Assembly: GCA_030605265.1 (NCBI GenBank)
Contig: JAUWIR010000002.1
Coordinates: 1 to 33,182 of the forward strand
DNA length: 33,182 nucleotides
Origin: Pseudomonadota bacterium
Lineage (GTDB): Bacteria; SZUA-182; DTGQ01
Reading direction: 5' to 3'
Position numbers and translations under genes: made by a program. Shown one piece after another: positions 8,321-17,931 of the stretch. The notes under the pieces are model-generated. The model worked only from the letters and a program-made list of their open reading frames with translations. It searched no databases and was not told the DNA's origin. The stretch's first letter is position 1. Each line of letters begins with the position of its first letter.

Positions 8321-9253
8321 ATGGGACAAAAAATAGAAATTATCATTTGCACTTATAATCGATGTGAAGAGCTTAAGGATGTTCTTAAAAGCCTTCTTTG
8401 CCTGAATGGAAAAGATGAGATGGATCATAGGATAACTATTGTAGATAATAATTCTTCGGATAATACTAAGGGGGTTGTTAGAGAATTTCAGAAAATTTCA
8501 GATCAAAAAATTCACTATATTTTTGAACCCGAACAAGGGCAAGCTGCTGCCAGAAATAGAGGAATAAAAGAGACTGATGGTGATGTTATAGCCTTTATTG
8601 ATGATGATGCAATAGCTTCGAAGAATTGGTTGAAGGTAATTTATAAAAAGTTTTTAAATTCAGATATTGATTGTCTCACCGGCAAAGTAATTCCCCTTTG
8701 GAGTTGCAAAATACCAAGATGGTATCATCCAAGAATGCGCGGAGTTATCGTGGATGTGGATCGTGGAGATGATACTTTTGTTTTAAAAAAATTAATGCCT
8801 GCAGTAAATATGGCTGTTCGCAGATTTGTTTTCGAAGAATATGGAGGATTCAGGCTGGACAGGGGTGAGGATACAGAATTCAGTTGTCGGGTTGTTAAAG
8901 CAGGCTGTAAAATTTTGTATTGTCCTGAAATGCTTGTTTATCATAAGATTATACCTTACCGGGTGACAAAAAAATATTTTATCCAGTGGTTTTTTACAGG
9001 AGGAGGTATCCGGTATATTGTGGATAAAGAATACGGCCCGCCCCTGCGAAGGGCCTTTAATGTTCCTTTGTGGATGTATCGCGAGTTTTTTCGTGATATC
9101 GTTGGATGGTTGAATGGGCTTTTTGCCTGTAAAATAAAACAGCGGTTTTTACATGAAGTTCAGCTATTTTTATTTTTAGGGTATGTGAAGACGGCCTGGG
9201 TAGGAAGGAGTAAAAAAAATAATTTTAGTCATAATCAGAAAACGATAACATAA
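8321..9253 (+). CDS. GT2 glycosyltransferase
   Basis: IEIIICTYNRCEELKDVLKSL...ITIVDNNSSDNT...AFIDDDA (DxD motif) and a later EDTEF motif. Confidence 0.9.
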   Translation: MGQKIEIIICTYNRCEELKDVLKSLLCLNGKDEMDHRITIVDNNSSDNTKGVVREFQKISDQKIHYIFEPEQGQAAARNRGIKETDGDVIAFIDDDAIASKNWLKVIYKKFLNSDIDCLTGKVIPLWSCKIPRWYHPRMRGVIVDVDRGDDTFVLKKLMPAVNMAVRRFVFEEYGGFRLDRGEDTEFSCRVVKAGCKILYCPEMLVYHKIIPYRVTKKYFIQWFFTGGGIRYIVDKEYGPPLRRAFNVPLWMYREFFRDIVGWLNGLFACKIKQRFLHEVQLFLFLGYVKTAWVGRSKKNNFSHNQKTIT

Positions 9254-9285
9254 CCTTTTTCCCTTAATATTCCTAAAATCTTATT

Positions 9286-11562
9286 ATGAATAAAGATAGA
9301 TCTAAAGTAATTATTATACGCTGTTTAATCATTGCACTCCTATTTACGATTAATCTTTTTTCCTATACTGCCGCTTTTTCAGCAATTGAAAATCTTGATG
9401 AAATGGAAGCGCGTAAAATTCGTTATATAACCGCTTCATATGGCAAGGATTATCTGGAAGATGTAAATAATTATTATACTTGGCAACCTGAAACCCTCTG
9501 CTATTTTGATCTGGAGACAGGACATGAAGTTTGGGTTTTAGTACACTTTCCGGATAAGCAAGATATAATTTCTAAAAATCCGAATACCGAAGCCTGGTCA
9601 TGTAATGGTGCAAAGATAGGCTTTTTTACAAATGTAGCAGGGCCTTGGTATAGAAGAAGCGATAACCCTAGTCTAGGCAATTTTTACCGGCGTTGGATTG
9701 TAACCACTGATGGATCAGGGTTAAAAGCCTGTGAGGGATATGGCAGGAACGATATCCCTGCGGCAGGTTTTGGTTGGGCACATACGGAAGATGCTTATTA
9801 TTGTTTCGGAAGTCATACTGCAGAGGCCCCTGGATCGGCAGTGTACAAATTGTTTAAAAACAGTGTTGATAATAATAATGTTATTACCGGGCAGTTAATG
9901 ATCGATACATCACCAATTAATAGTTTTAAAAAGGAAATAATAAGCGAAGGGATCACTTCAGATGATTCTCATGCTGTAATGAGGGATGCAATTCCTGATA
10001 ATAAGCGTCTTTTGCCTACTCCAAATCCAATACCCTGTTTAGAGATTTATTTTGCCTCATTAGGGAATACCCCTGAGCTGAAATACCATTGGGGAGTGGC
10101 GCGTCATATTGGGCCGTCAACGAATAATTGGCAAGATCCCTATGGTGATTTAACTCCTGAGAAAGAGAGTTATTTTCACGGGGTCGGATCACCAGGGCCG
10201 ACAGGGAGTTTTATTATTGGCTCATATTCCGGAACAGGTGTTTATGTTCTCTTCAAAGACCATGGTTCCTTTAGTGATGGTGGGCCTTTGTGGTCAGACT
10301 GGGACGGAGATAGTTTCGGCGAGAACGAGGAAATAGTCGTACTTGCCGATGGTGCAGGAACACCTGATAATCCATACAATAATCCTTATCCTGGACATTG
10401 GTGCTTTGACCGCTGGGGCAGGTATGCAGTTACCGGAACTTACACTGATTGTCCGTCAAACTGTCCGGGGACTCGAATTTTTGATCTTAAAGACAGGTCT
10501 TTGAAAGAGCATTACGTATTTTTTAAGGGAAAATACGATGGGCAGCACCATTCCTGGACAGGATGGACGGATTATGTGGTAGCAGTGCACCCTGATTGGC
10601 CTACCGGCATTGTAGATAATGGTGATATCTTCATCAATAAATGGGATGCATCTTCTGAAAAGGCAAAAAAAATATGCAACGTCCACTACCCCGGCTATTC
10701 AGGTAATTACAATGGGTATCCTCGGCCAAGCCAATCACCTGACGGAACAAAAGTAGTTTTTGCAGCCCTGTGGCTAAATAATGACGGCGATGATCATCCC
10801 TATATGTCCTGGGTGGTTGCTTATTACCCGCATCCGCCTAAAATTACAGGCATGGAAAAAACGGGACCTCATATAAGGATTTCATGGGCTTGGGATAGTA
10901 CTTCGACCTATACAACAAGAGGCTGGCCAAATGAAGACACGGATGCTCCTTCTCTTCCCAGAGAAATAAAGTGCTATCATGTTTGGGTGTCTGAGGATAA
11001 AAATAACTGGACTGAATTGACAACTACAGGTGTTCCCTCTGGAACAAATTATTACGATATAAAGCAGCCATATACAACTTCCCGCTATTATGCAGTAACA
11101 AGTGAGGAGCATTCACGACTTGAATCCCGCACTTTATCAAATATCTGGAAAGTTGCTTTGGATGGAACCGGAGTTATAAAAGAAAATAAAGAAGCAGCAC
11201 CTTACCCTGCCGACCCGGGACAAATATCTCCTTTCTGGACTACAAAACCCCCGGCACCAAGTAATCTTACTATTAAAGCTACCGGCGTATCAGGCCAGTA
11301 TCGCTTAACCTGGAGAGAACCCCCGAGTAGATATACAAAGATACGCTATTATAATATTTATTATTCTACTACCGGGTCCCCTCCTGCAGACCGGCAGCAT
11401 CGCATTGCCTCTATACCGGTAGGCACAACCACGTGGCTGGATTGCTTTGCCGATCCCTCAAAGACTGCTTTTTACCGAATAACAAGTGTTGACAGGCAAG
11501 GAAATGAAGGGCTTGGGCCTGCTCCGGAAAAAGTAAAAAATTTAAGAATCACTGCAAATTAG
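9286..11562 (+). CDS. Secreted 758-aa protein with an N-terminal signal peptide, a beta-propeller-like core and two C-terminal FN3-like domains. It may be a polysaccharide lyase or hydrolase (PL22/oligogalacturonate-lyase-like).
   Basis: The signal-like N-terminus is KVIIIRCLIIALLFTINLFSYTAAFSA. A PD40/TolB-like motif is present (PRPSQSPDGTKVVFAA). The FN3-like segments are PPKITGM..IRISWAW...YYAVTSEE and PPAPSNLTIKATG..YRLTWREP..YYNIYYS...FYRITSVDRQGNEG. The catalytic assignment is only a weak resemblance. Confidence 0.8.
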   Translation: MNKDRSKVIIIRCLIIALLFTINLFSYTAAFSAIENLDEMEARKIRYITASYGKDYLEDVNNYYTWQPETLCYFDLETGHEVWVLVHFPDKQDIISKNPNTEAWSCNGAKIGFFTNVAGPWYRRSDNPSLGNFYRRWIVTTDGSGLKACEGYGRNDIPAAGFGWAHTEDAYYCFGSHTAEAPGSAVYKLFKNSVDNNNVITGQLMIDTSPINSFKKEIISEGITSDDSHAVMRDAIPDNKRLLPTPNPIPCLEIYFASLGNTPELKYHWGVARHIGPSTNNWQDPYGDLTPEKESYFHGVGSPGPTGSFIIGSYSGTGVYVLFKDHGSFSDGGPLWSDWDGDSFGENEEIVVLADGAGTPDNPYNNPYPGHWCFDRWGRYAVTGTYTDCPSNCPGTRIFDLKDRSLKEHYVFFKGKYDGQHHSWTGWTDYVVAVHPDWPTGIVDNGDIFINKWDASSEKAKKICNVHYPGYSGNYNGYPRPSQSPDGTKVVFAALWLNNDGDDHPYMSWVVAYYPHPPKITGMEKTGPHIRISWAWDSTSTYTTRGWPNEDTDAPSLPREIKCYHVWVSEDKNNWTELTTTGVPSGTNYYDIKQPYTTSRYYAVTSEEHSRLESRTLSNIWKVALDGTGVIKENKEAAPYPADPGQISPFWTTKPPAPSNLTIKATGVSGQYRLTWREPPSRYTKIRYYNIYYSTTGSPPADRQHRIASIPVGTTTWLDCFADPSKTAFYRITSVDRQGNEGLGPAPEKVKNLRITAN

Positions 11563-11580
11563 TAGTCAGGATCATATAGA

Positions 11581-12918
11581 TTGATTACTGCAAAATATTA
11601 TCAGCGAATAGCCAATAGAAATATATCCGGCATTTTAAAACATCTAGGACAGACCCAATTTTGGCCGTATGAAAAAATACGAAAGTACCAATTTTATAAA
11701 TTAAAAAGGCTTTTGGACCATGCCTATGCTCATGTGCCCTATTATAAGAGAATATTCAAAGAGATAGGAATAACACCAAAAGATATTAGGAATTTTAATG
11801 ATTTTAAGGAAATTCCTATCTTAACCAAAGATATTATCAGAGAAAAATTTCATCACCTTATTGCCTCAAATATTTCCAAGGATGAACTCCATCTGAATTC
11901 CACCGGAGGCTCAACAGGGGAGCCGTTAAGTTTTTATCAGGATAAAAATTATGAACAGTGGGCAGACCCGGCAAGAATTAGAGGGCTGTATCATATTGCC
12001 GGATGTGAACCTGGAGACACCTGTGCCGTGCTATGGGGTGCAACCCGTGATTTAAAAAAAGATTATTCCCTTAGAGAGCGTCTTAGGGATTATTGTAAAT
12101 ATGGACATATTTTACTTAATGCTTTTAATCTAAGCAATGACAGAAAATGGTCATTTTATAAACTATGCAGGTTGCTAAAACCTAAATTGCTCATCGGATA
12201 TGTAACGGCCATTAAAGACCTGGCCTTTTTTCTTGATGAATATAATTTAGAATTTCCTACATTGCAAGGGATAATTCTGTGCGCTGAAACTGTTGAGGAT
12301 TATTCAAGGGCTTACATTGAGAATATTTTTCGCGCGCCAACATATAATACTTACGGCGGTAGAGAACTTAGCCTCATAGCCATGGAATGTTCCTATAATA
12401 ACGGCTTACATGAGGTTTCTGAAAATAATTATGTTGAATTTGAAACTATTAACCTGGAAAAGTATAAAAATGCCGGTAACTTGATTATAACGAATCTGAA
12501 TAATTATGGAATGCCCTTTATTCGATATAGGATAGGAGATATTGCTATACCCGGTATTTCCCAATCATGTGGTTGTGGAAGAGGACTCCCCCTTATTGCT
12601 AAAGTTATTGGTCGAACAACTGATGTGTTTGTTTTCCCTGATGGAACAAGAGTTGCCGGAGAAATGTTCATCCACCTTATGAAAGATTTTCCGCTCAGAG
12701 AATACCAATTTGTTCAGGTTTCTTGCTCTCGAATCATTCTTCGATATAAACGCTCCGATCTTATGTCCGAGGAATTAAAAAGAACTATTCTTCGCACCTA
12801 TCAAAAATATTTACCCCAAGGAACAACCTTTGATTTTGAAGAAAAAGAGGGTTTTGAAAAAACTGCTACCGGAAAGTTCAGATTTGTAGTAAATAACTCC
12901 TCATCCGGCTTATTATAA
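11581..12918 (+). CDS. Phenylacetate-CoA ligase-like adenylate-forming enzyme (PaaK/CapK/F390-synthetase family)
   Basis: NSTGGSTGEPLSFYQD (P-loop-like AMP motif of the PaaK family), an N-terminal YQFYKLKRLLDHAYAHVPYYKRIF and a C-terminal TATGKFRFV. The start is TTG. Confidence 0.8.
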   Translation: MITAKYYQRIANRNISGILKHLGQTQFWPYEKIRKYQFYKLKRLLDHAYAHVPYYKRIFKEIGITPKDIRNFNDFKEIPILTKDIIREKFHHLIASNISKDELHLNSTGGSTGEPLSFYQDKNYEQWADPARIRGLYHIAGCEPGDTCAVLWGATRDLKKDYSLRERLRDYCKYGHILLNAFNLSNDRKWSFYKLCRLLKPKLLIGYVTAIKDLAFFLDEYNLEFPTLQGIILCAETVEDYSRAYIENIFRAPTYNTYGGRELSLIAMECSYNNGLHEVSENNYVEFETINLEKYKNAGNLIITNLNNYGMPFIRYRIGDIAIPGISQSCGCGRGLPLIAKVIGRTTDVFVFPDGTRVAGEMFIHLMKDFPLREYQFVQVSCSRIILRYKRSDLMSEELKRTILRTYQKYLPQGTTFDFEEKEGFEKTATGKFRFVVNNSSSGLL

Positions 12919-12941
12919 ACACGATATGCACAAACCAATAA

Positions 12942-13112
12942 TTTGTTTCTGTCAATTCTCTATATTCCATATAAACGCCTTCAGAATAAACGCCTTCAGA
13001 TTGTGATAAATCTTTTTTATTAACCGGATTTAAATCATGTTTATCCTGTTAATCCTGTCAAATATTTTTTTATATTAGTGAATCTAAAAATCCTAATTGC
13101 ACAGGTTGAGAT
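12942..13112 (+). repeat. Intergenic repeat element, full-length copy upstream of the 13180 operon, with an internal 15-bp tandem duplication
   Basis: Has the same conserved blocks as 2531-2676. It contains ATCCTGTTAATCCTGTC (13043-13059) and a perfect tandem ATAAACGCCTTCAGA x2 (12971-13000). Confidence 0.85.
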
Positions 13113-13179
13113 TTTTTAAAATTGGAGACTTCCTGTTATTACCAGCCTATTAATAGATAAACAGATCCCACGGAAGCGC

Positions 13180-14664
13180 ATGACGCTTTTTGATCAAACT
13201 GTAGCGATTGCTTCCATGAAAGAGGTATTGTCATATCCTTCTGACTCGCCCTTTCATCCTCATGAGGCATACCCTGAACTTAAAGGAAATGTTCCGATCG
13301 GACATGAAAAAAATGGGATTTATCCCCTGGTGCGCCGGTTAATGTATGACCTTAAGATGGATAGGAAGCATTTTACAACTTCTGAATGGGACCCCTTTTC
13401 TGAAATAATCTTACCTGGTCAAAAGGTCTTGATTAAACCGAATTTAGTCAGGCACATGCATCTTCTAGGAGGGGATTATTGGGCAATGGTAACCCATGGT
13501 TCCCTGATACGTTGCCTGCTGGATTACGTTGCTTTAGCGCTCAAGGGTTCCGGGAGAATAATTGTAGGGGATGCCCCGGTCCAGAGTGCTGATTTTCTTA
13601 AAATAGTAGAGAGAACCGGGCTTCGGGAAATATGCCAAAATGTGGAAAAATGCTGGAAAATTCCTGTTCAATTGCTTGATTTTAGGAACCATTCAATTCA
13701 GATGGATAGTAAGAGGAGGGTAATAAAAAGTTGTTCTCAGGAAGGTGCTCCTGATGGGTATGTGGCTGTAAATCTTGGCAAACAGAGCTTGCTGGCGGAA
13801 GTGGAAAATCAGAATAAAAAATTCAGGGTCACCAGCTATGATAGCCTGGAAATAGGAAAACATCATAATGAAAAAAAGCATGAATATTTGATACCACGTA
13901 TTGTCCTTGATGCTGATGTAGTAATTAATGTTCCTAAATTGAAGACCCACCGGAAAGTAGGTTTAACAGCAGCTCTAAAAAATATTGTAGGTATCAGCGG
14001 CAATAAAGCGTGGCTCCCTCACCACAGATGCGGTTCAATTGCAGAGGGTGGAGATGAATACCTACATTCGTCTATTTTGAAAAAATATAAAACCTATTTA
14101 ATAGAAAAAATCGATCAAAAACCTTCTACAAGTTTCCATTATTTTTACAGGCAGGCTATCCGTGTTATCGACCGGATAAATCGTTTTTGTGCACGTGACC
14201 CATATGAAGAAGGAAGTTGGTATGGAAATGATACTATCTGGAGAACAGTGCTGGATCTCAATCGATTGTTGCTGTATACGGATCGAAAAGGCAGAATAGC
14301 CGACCGGCCCCAACGTAAATGTTTTACTATTGTTGATGCTGTTTTAGCCGGGGAAGGGGAGGGGCCTATGGAGCCTACGGCACGATGGTGCGGCTTGCTT
14401 GTCGGAGGGATGAATCCCGTTGCTGTTGATACGATTTTAGCAACCATTATAGGCTTTGACTACAGAAAAATCCCTTTAATAGCCAAAGGATTTGAAATTA
14501 AAACCTATCCTCTAATTGATTATAATGCCGAGCAGATTAAGGTTTGTTCTGCTGATAAGCATTGGGACAAGGTAACCATTAGCAACCAAAACAAGGCTTT
14601 CAATTTTATCCCTCCTTCAGGTTGGAAAAAACATCTTGCAAATAGTGAAAGGATTCCTTTATGA
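13180..14664 (+). CDS. DUF362 domain protein (unusually long, 494 aa)
   Basis: KVLIKPNLV and VINVPKLKTHRKVGLTAALKNIVG match the DUF362 signature blocks. Its stop overlaps the next start (ATGA at 14661-14664). Confidence 0.7.
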   Translation: MTLFDQTVAIASMKEVLSYPSDSPFHPHEAYPELKGNVPIGHEKNGIYPLVRRLMYDLKMDRKHFTTSEWDPFSEIILPGQKVLIKPNLVRHMHLLGGDYWAMVTHGSLIRCLLDYVALALKGSGRIIVGDAPVQSADFLKIVERTGLREICQNVEKCWKIPVQLLDFRNHSIQMDSKRRVIKSCSQEGAPDGYVAVNLGKQSLLAEVENQNKKFRVTSYDSLEIGKHHNEKKHEYLIPRIVLDADVVINVPKLKTHRKVGLTAALKNIVGISGNKAWLPHHRCGSIAEGGDEYLHSSILKKYKTYLIEKIDQKPSTSFHYFYRQAIRVIDRINRFCARDPYEEGSWYGNDTIWRTVLDLNRLLLYTDRKGRIADRPQRKCFTIVDAVLAGEGEGPMEPTARWCGLLVGGMNPVAVDTILATIIGFDYRKIPLIAKGFEIKTYPLIDYNAEQIKVCSADKHWDKVTISNQNKAFNFIPPSGWKKHLANSERIPL

Positions 14665-15842
14665 CTCTTGAAAAAACACTGAAGAATGGAATAAAGGGAA
14701 TGTTGCCCTCTCGGATGGTAAATTACAGCAGGGATTTAATTGATTTATCCCGAATTTATCCGTCATATATCTGGGGGAAAGGAAAAGCCCCGTTTCCAAA
14801 GTCAGTAACTATTGATATTACCTTTCGATGCACTTGCCGTTGTGTTATGTGTGCATTGTATGGTGAGCACAGAGATGGTTGGTCGAACCAAGAAAAAGAT
14901 AAAGAACTGTCAACTGATGAGTGGTTAAGGGTTATTGACGATCTCCATGCATACGGGCTCCAATCTATTTGTTTTACAGGGGGAGAGCCCTTTTTGCGTA
15001 AAGACCTTTTAACGATTATAGAGTATGCCAAGAGAAAAGGGTTGTCGGTGAATGTGCTTACTGCAGGGGCTTTGCTTAACCGGGAAATTTGTTCGCATTT
15101 GGTTGAGATCGGCCTTGATGACTTGAGTGTTTCAATTGACGGGCCCATTAATATTCATAATGCCATACGAAGATCTAAAGTGTTTGAGGCAGCCATAGAG
15201 GGTATTCGTCATATTCAAAGAAAAAAAGAATTATGTGGTTCTCAAGTTCCCAATATTACCATAGCCAATACTATTCAAAAAATGAATCAGGAACATCTTC
15301 ACGAATTAGTGCCCCTTGCTCATGAATTGGGAGTTTATTTGTCTTATTCTCCCTTATTTTTCACGAATAACTGCTCAAAAAAACGAGAGCAAGAATTAGA
15401 TAATGCGTGTACGGCGGCTAAGGACGAAAATCAGGGAGTACTGGATTCTCATCGCTGTGTTGATGTGAATATTTTATTGAAAGAGCTTAATCAAGTGAAA
15501 ACTGAAGCCGAGGCACTTGGACAACCTGTATATGTTCCCTTTACCAGGAAGTCGGATATTTATCTTCGCTATTATGATTTTAATCACAGCGTTCTGAAGA
15601 AATGTTTCCTGCCTTGGTACGCAAGTCGTATTGATCCCTTTGGTAATGTATATCCTTGCTCGGTGAATGTAAAGTGTGGGAATGTTCGCCAGGCGCCTTT
15701 TCATAAAATTTGGAATAATGCAAAATATCAAAAATTCAGGAATTCCTTAAAAAAAATAGGCTTGTTTCCAGGATGTGCGAAATGCTGCGTCTTAAGCCCG
15801 GAGCACAAGATGTGGGATATTCTTCCTTGCATTGGTAATTAA
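14661..15842 (+). CDS. Radical SAM enzyme with a C-terminal SPASM/twitch-like Cys-rich domain
   Basis: The CX3CX2C cluster lies in ITFRCTCRCVMCALYG, and a GGEPFL SAM-binding motif is present. The C-terminal Cys-rich region is CFLPW...VYPCSVNVKCGNV...PGCAKCCVLSP. Confidence 0.85.
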   Translation: MTLEKTLKNGIKGMLPSRMVNYSRDLIDLSRIYPSYIWGKGKAPFPKSVTIDITFRCTCRCVMCALYGEHRDGWSNQEKDKELSTDEWLRVIDDLHAYGLQSICFTGGEPFLRKDLLTIIEYAKRKGLSVNVLTAGALLNREICSHLVEIGLDDLSVSIDGPINIHNAIRRSKVFEAAIEGIRHIQRKKELCGSQVPNITIANTIQKMNQEHLHELVPLAHELGVYLSYSPLFFTNNCSKKREQELDNACTAAKDENQGVLDSHRCVDVNILLKELNQVKTEAEALGQPVYVPFTRKSDIYLRYYDFNHSVLKKCFLPWYASRIDPFGNVYPCSVNVKCGNVRQAPFHKIWNNAKYQKFRNSLKKIGLFPGCAKCCVLSPEHKMWDILPCIGN

Positions 15843-15854
15843 GGGATCATTCTT

Positions 15855-16940
15855 TTGTCACTGCCTTCTCAAAAGCATCAAAAAATACTGCAGACGGTTA
15901 AAGTCCGACTGAAGGAATATTTTTTAAAAAGTGAAGGAGAAGAACTTCTTCATATCGAGGTTACAGGGACCCTTGAGAAAGCCTTTTCAGTTATTATCTT
16001 TTTGTCTGCCAAAACATCCAAAAAAAATTATCCTTTTGTCCTAAAGAAAATTATGGACCATTCATTGAACAAGAATATTACAGGCAAACAAAATCAGGCT
16101 TCAGTTGAGTATGAAATCCTGGAGTTCCTTTATTCTAGCTTTAAAAAGGTTGAAAACTGCTCAGTACCAAGGCCGATATTGATTTTGCCTGAAATACAGT
16201 CCTTTGTTATGGAATTTGTTGAGGGAACACTCCTTGCGCAAGAACTTCGGTACGCCCGCTATTGGACAAATAACAAAAGGTTTCAGAAAGTTCAAGAATA
16301 TTTTTTCTTAGCAGGCAGATGGCTTCAATATTTTCACAAAATTACCGGCATTGAAAAAGCCGGCAAGGAGTTTTTTGAGGACATTCTCTTTAGATGCAAT
16401 GACAGGCTCCGGCTGATTGAGGAGAGTAACAGCCCTTATTGTCCGAAAAATTTAGGCAAGGCAGTCATTGGGCAGTTAGAAAGATACCTTTTAACCATCA
16501 ATAATGAAGAAGTATTGATTGCCGGCAGACATGGTGATTTTGGCATGTGGAATATTTTGGTTGGGGAAGAAGGGATCGTGGTTCATGATTTTATGGGGTA
16601 TTGTAAAGAACCTTTGGCTGTGGATATATTCAAAATGTTGGCAGCTCTGGAAGAGGATTCTCTTTCCCTTTCGTTTAGTAAAAGAAGACTTGGAGTGCTC
16701 AAGGGAAATTTTCTTGAAGGTTTGGGAGACATGCCTTTCATCCCCAAAGCAATTCTCGACATATGTGAGATTCATCAGCGTGTTTGCAATCTTTGCGGGA
16801 GAATATTGAGCAGTCCTAAAGGTTACCATCATCAAATTGAAAAATACTTCGCCGTTAAGATGAATATAAATTGGCTTATGAATGAGCACAACAGACCATC
16901 TCTCTGGACTGAAAAAATTTCTATAAAAAGTAATGGCTAA
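15855..16940 (+). CDS. APH/choline-kinase-family phosphotransferase (small-molecule kinase)
   Basis: The catalytic loop is GRHGDFGMWNILV (HGDxxxxN Brenner motif), followed by VVHDF (metal-binding D). An N-terminal VLKK lysine region is present. The start is TTG. Confidence 0.7.
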   Translation: MSLPSQKHQKILQTVKVRLKEYFLKSEGEELLHIEVTGTLEKAFSVIIFLSAKTSKKNYPFVLKKIMDHSLNKNITGKQNQASVEYEILEFLYSSFKKVENCSVPRPILILPEIQSFVMEFVEGTLLAQELRYARYWTNNKRFQKVQEYFFLAGRWLQYFHKITGIEKAGKEFFEDILFRCNDRLRLIEESNSPYCPKNLGKAVIGQLERYLLTINNEEVLIAGRHGDFGMWNILVGEEGIVVHDFMGYCKEPLAVDIFKMLAALEEDSLSLSFSKRRLGVLKGNFLEGLGDMPFIPKAILDICEIHQRVCNLCGRILSSPKGYHHQIEKYFAVKMNINWLMNEHNRPSLWTEKISIKSNG

Positions 16941-17931
16941 ATCTATTAAAATTTTGACGGATATTGAGGAACCAAGGGTTTCCAATAATTGGTGGGGGAG
17001 GGCGGATTTTATTGAAAAAATAGTTGGCGGCCAAGGCCTTTTGTCTGATATTAAAGCGGCAATCTATATGTTTTTGATCAGCAGAAACTATGATGCAGTG
17101 CTGACAAGTTCAAGTCGAAAAGGAAATATCTTTTCTATTCTTGCCGGATTTTGTCCCGGAGGCAAAGTACCGGTTATTATGTCTGATTGTTTGTGGTATG
17201 AGCCCAATGCAAAACTTGACCTTTATTTGAAAAAGTTGGAATTTCGTCTGGCAGCAAGGGTAGTGCGGAAATTCATTGTCTGGTCTTCCCATGAGATTCG
17301 TGATTATTCCAAAGCATTCTCCTTGCCTCAAGAAAAATTTGTCTTTATCCCTTTTCATCATACTCTGGAGGGATTTGCCTTTGAAGTTTCCGAAGGAGAC
17401 TATCTATTTAGCGGGGGAGACGGGGATCGGGACTACCAAACCCTTGCCAAAGCAGTTCAAGGACTAAAAATCAGGACTGTCATCGCCACTCGACGGCCTG
17501 ATTGGCACAGAAAATTAGCTTTGTATAAGGGAATTAAAGTTTGTTCAACTACAGCAGAGGGTTTCAGAAGGCTGATGGCCGGGGCAAAGTTTGTGGTCAT
17601 TTCCATGGAGAAAGGGCTATTACATTCTGGAGGGCAGCAGACTTTTCTTAATGCAATGGCCATGGGGAAACCGGTTATTGTAGCCGGTGAAGGAGGTGCG
17701 AAAGATTATATCAGACACGGCCATAACGGCCTTATTGTGCCGGCAGGGAAGGTAGATGCTCTCAGGCAAGCCATAAAGGTAATTTTAGAGGACCCGGAAT
17801 TTGCCAAAGAACTGGGAGAAAATGCCAAAAAGGCCTACGATACATATTCTACTTCCGAGAGTATAGAGAAAATACTTAAGCTTGCGGAAAAGTGTACGAC
17901 AGATACAGATTATGAAGATAGAAGCACATAG
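16933..17931 (+). CDS. Glycosyltransferase (GT4/GT1-like, divergent N-terminal half)
   Basis: The C-terminal half GGQQTFLNAMAMGKPVIVAGEGGAKDYIRHGHNGLIVPAGKVDALRQAI is a typical Glycos_transf_1 nucleotide-sugar-binding region. It overlaps the previous gene by 8 nt. Confidence 0.75.
   Translation: MAKSIKILTDIEEPRVSNNWWGRADFIEKIVGGQGLLSDIKAAIYMFLISRNYDAVLTSSSRKGNIFSILAGFCPGGKVPVIMSDCLWYEPNAKLDLYLKKLEFRLAARVVRKFIVWSSHEIRDYSKAFSLPQEKFVFIPFHHTLEGFAFEVSEGDYLFSGGDGDRDYQTLAKAVQGLKIRTVIATRRPDWHRKLALYKGIKVCSTTAEGFRRLMAGAKFVVISMEKGLLHSGGQQTFLNAMAMGKPVIVAGEGGAKDYIRHGHNGLIVPAGKVDALRQAIKVILEDPEFAKELGENAKKAYDTYSTSESIEKILKLAEKCTTDTDYEDRST

Noticed and set aside
12926-13006. Small Cys-containing ORF (MHKPIICFCQFSIFHINAFRINAFRL) just upstream of the DUF362-rSAM/SPASM pair, considered as a RiPP precursor. 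The counterpart ORF at 2524-2595 reads MIVCFTILYIPDNLIQVVIDLFD.
   Set aside because: Both lie inside the repeat element. A 2-nt indel puts the two copies in different frames after the first few codons, yet nucleotide-level conservation continues. The conservation is therefore not at the protein level. There is no RBS, and the INAFR repeat is simply the 15-bp DNA duplication.
16491-16985. 164-aa antisense ORF, and the many other 60-130-aa ORFs nested in or antisense to long genes (for example 892-1077, 1342-1554, 3988-4263, 5152-5607, 7412-7642, 10456-11112, 13693-14447, 14756-15148, 15474-15731, 17110-17663, 21233-21547, 22902-23147, 24230-25033, 26610-26822, 30114-30326, 32461-32682)
   Set aside because: All lie entirely within longer ORFs that carry clear family motifs. 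They have no motifs of their own and look like shadow ORFs.
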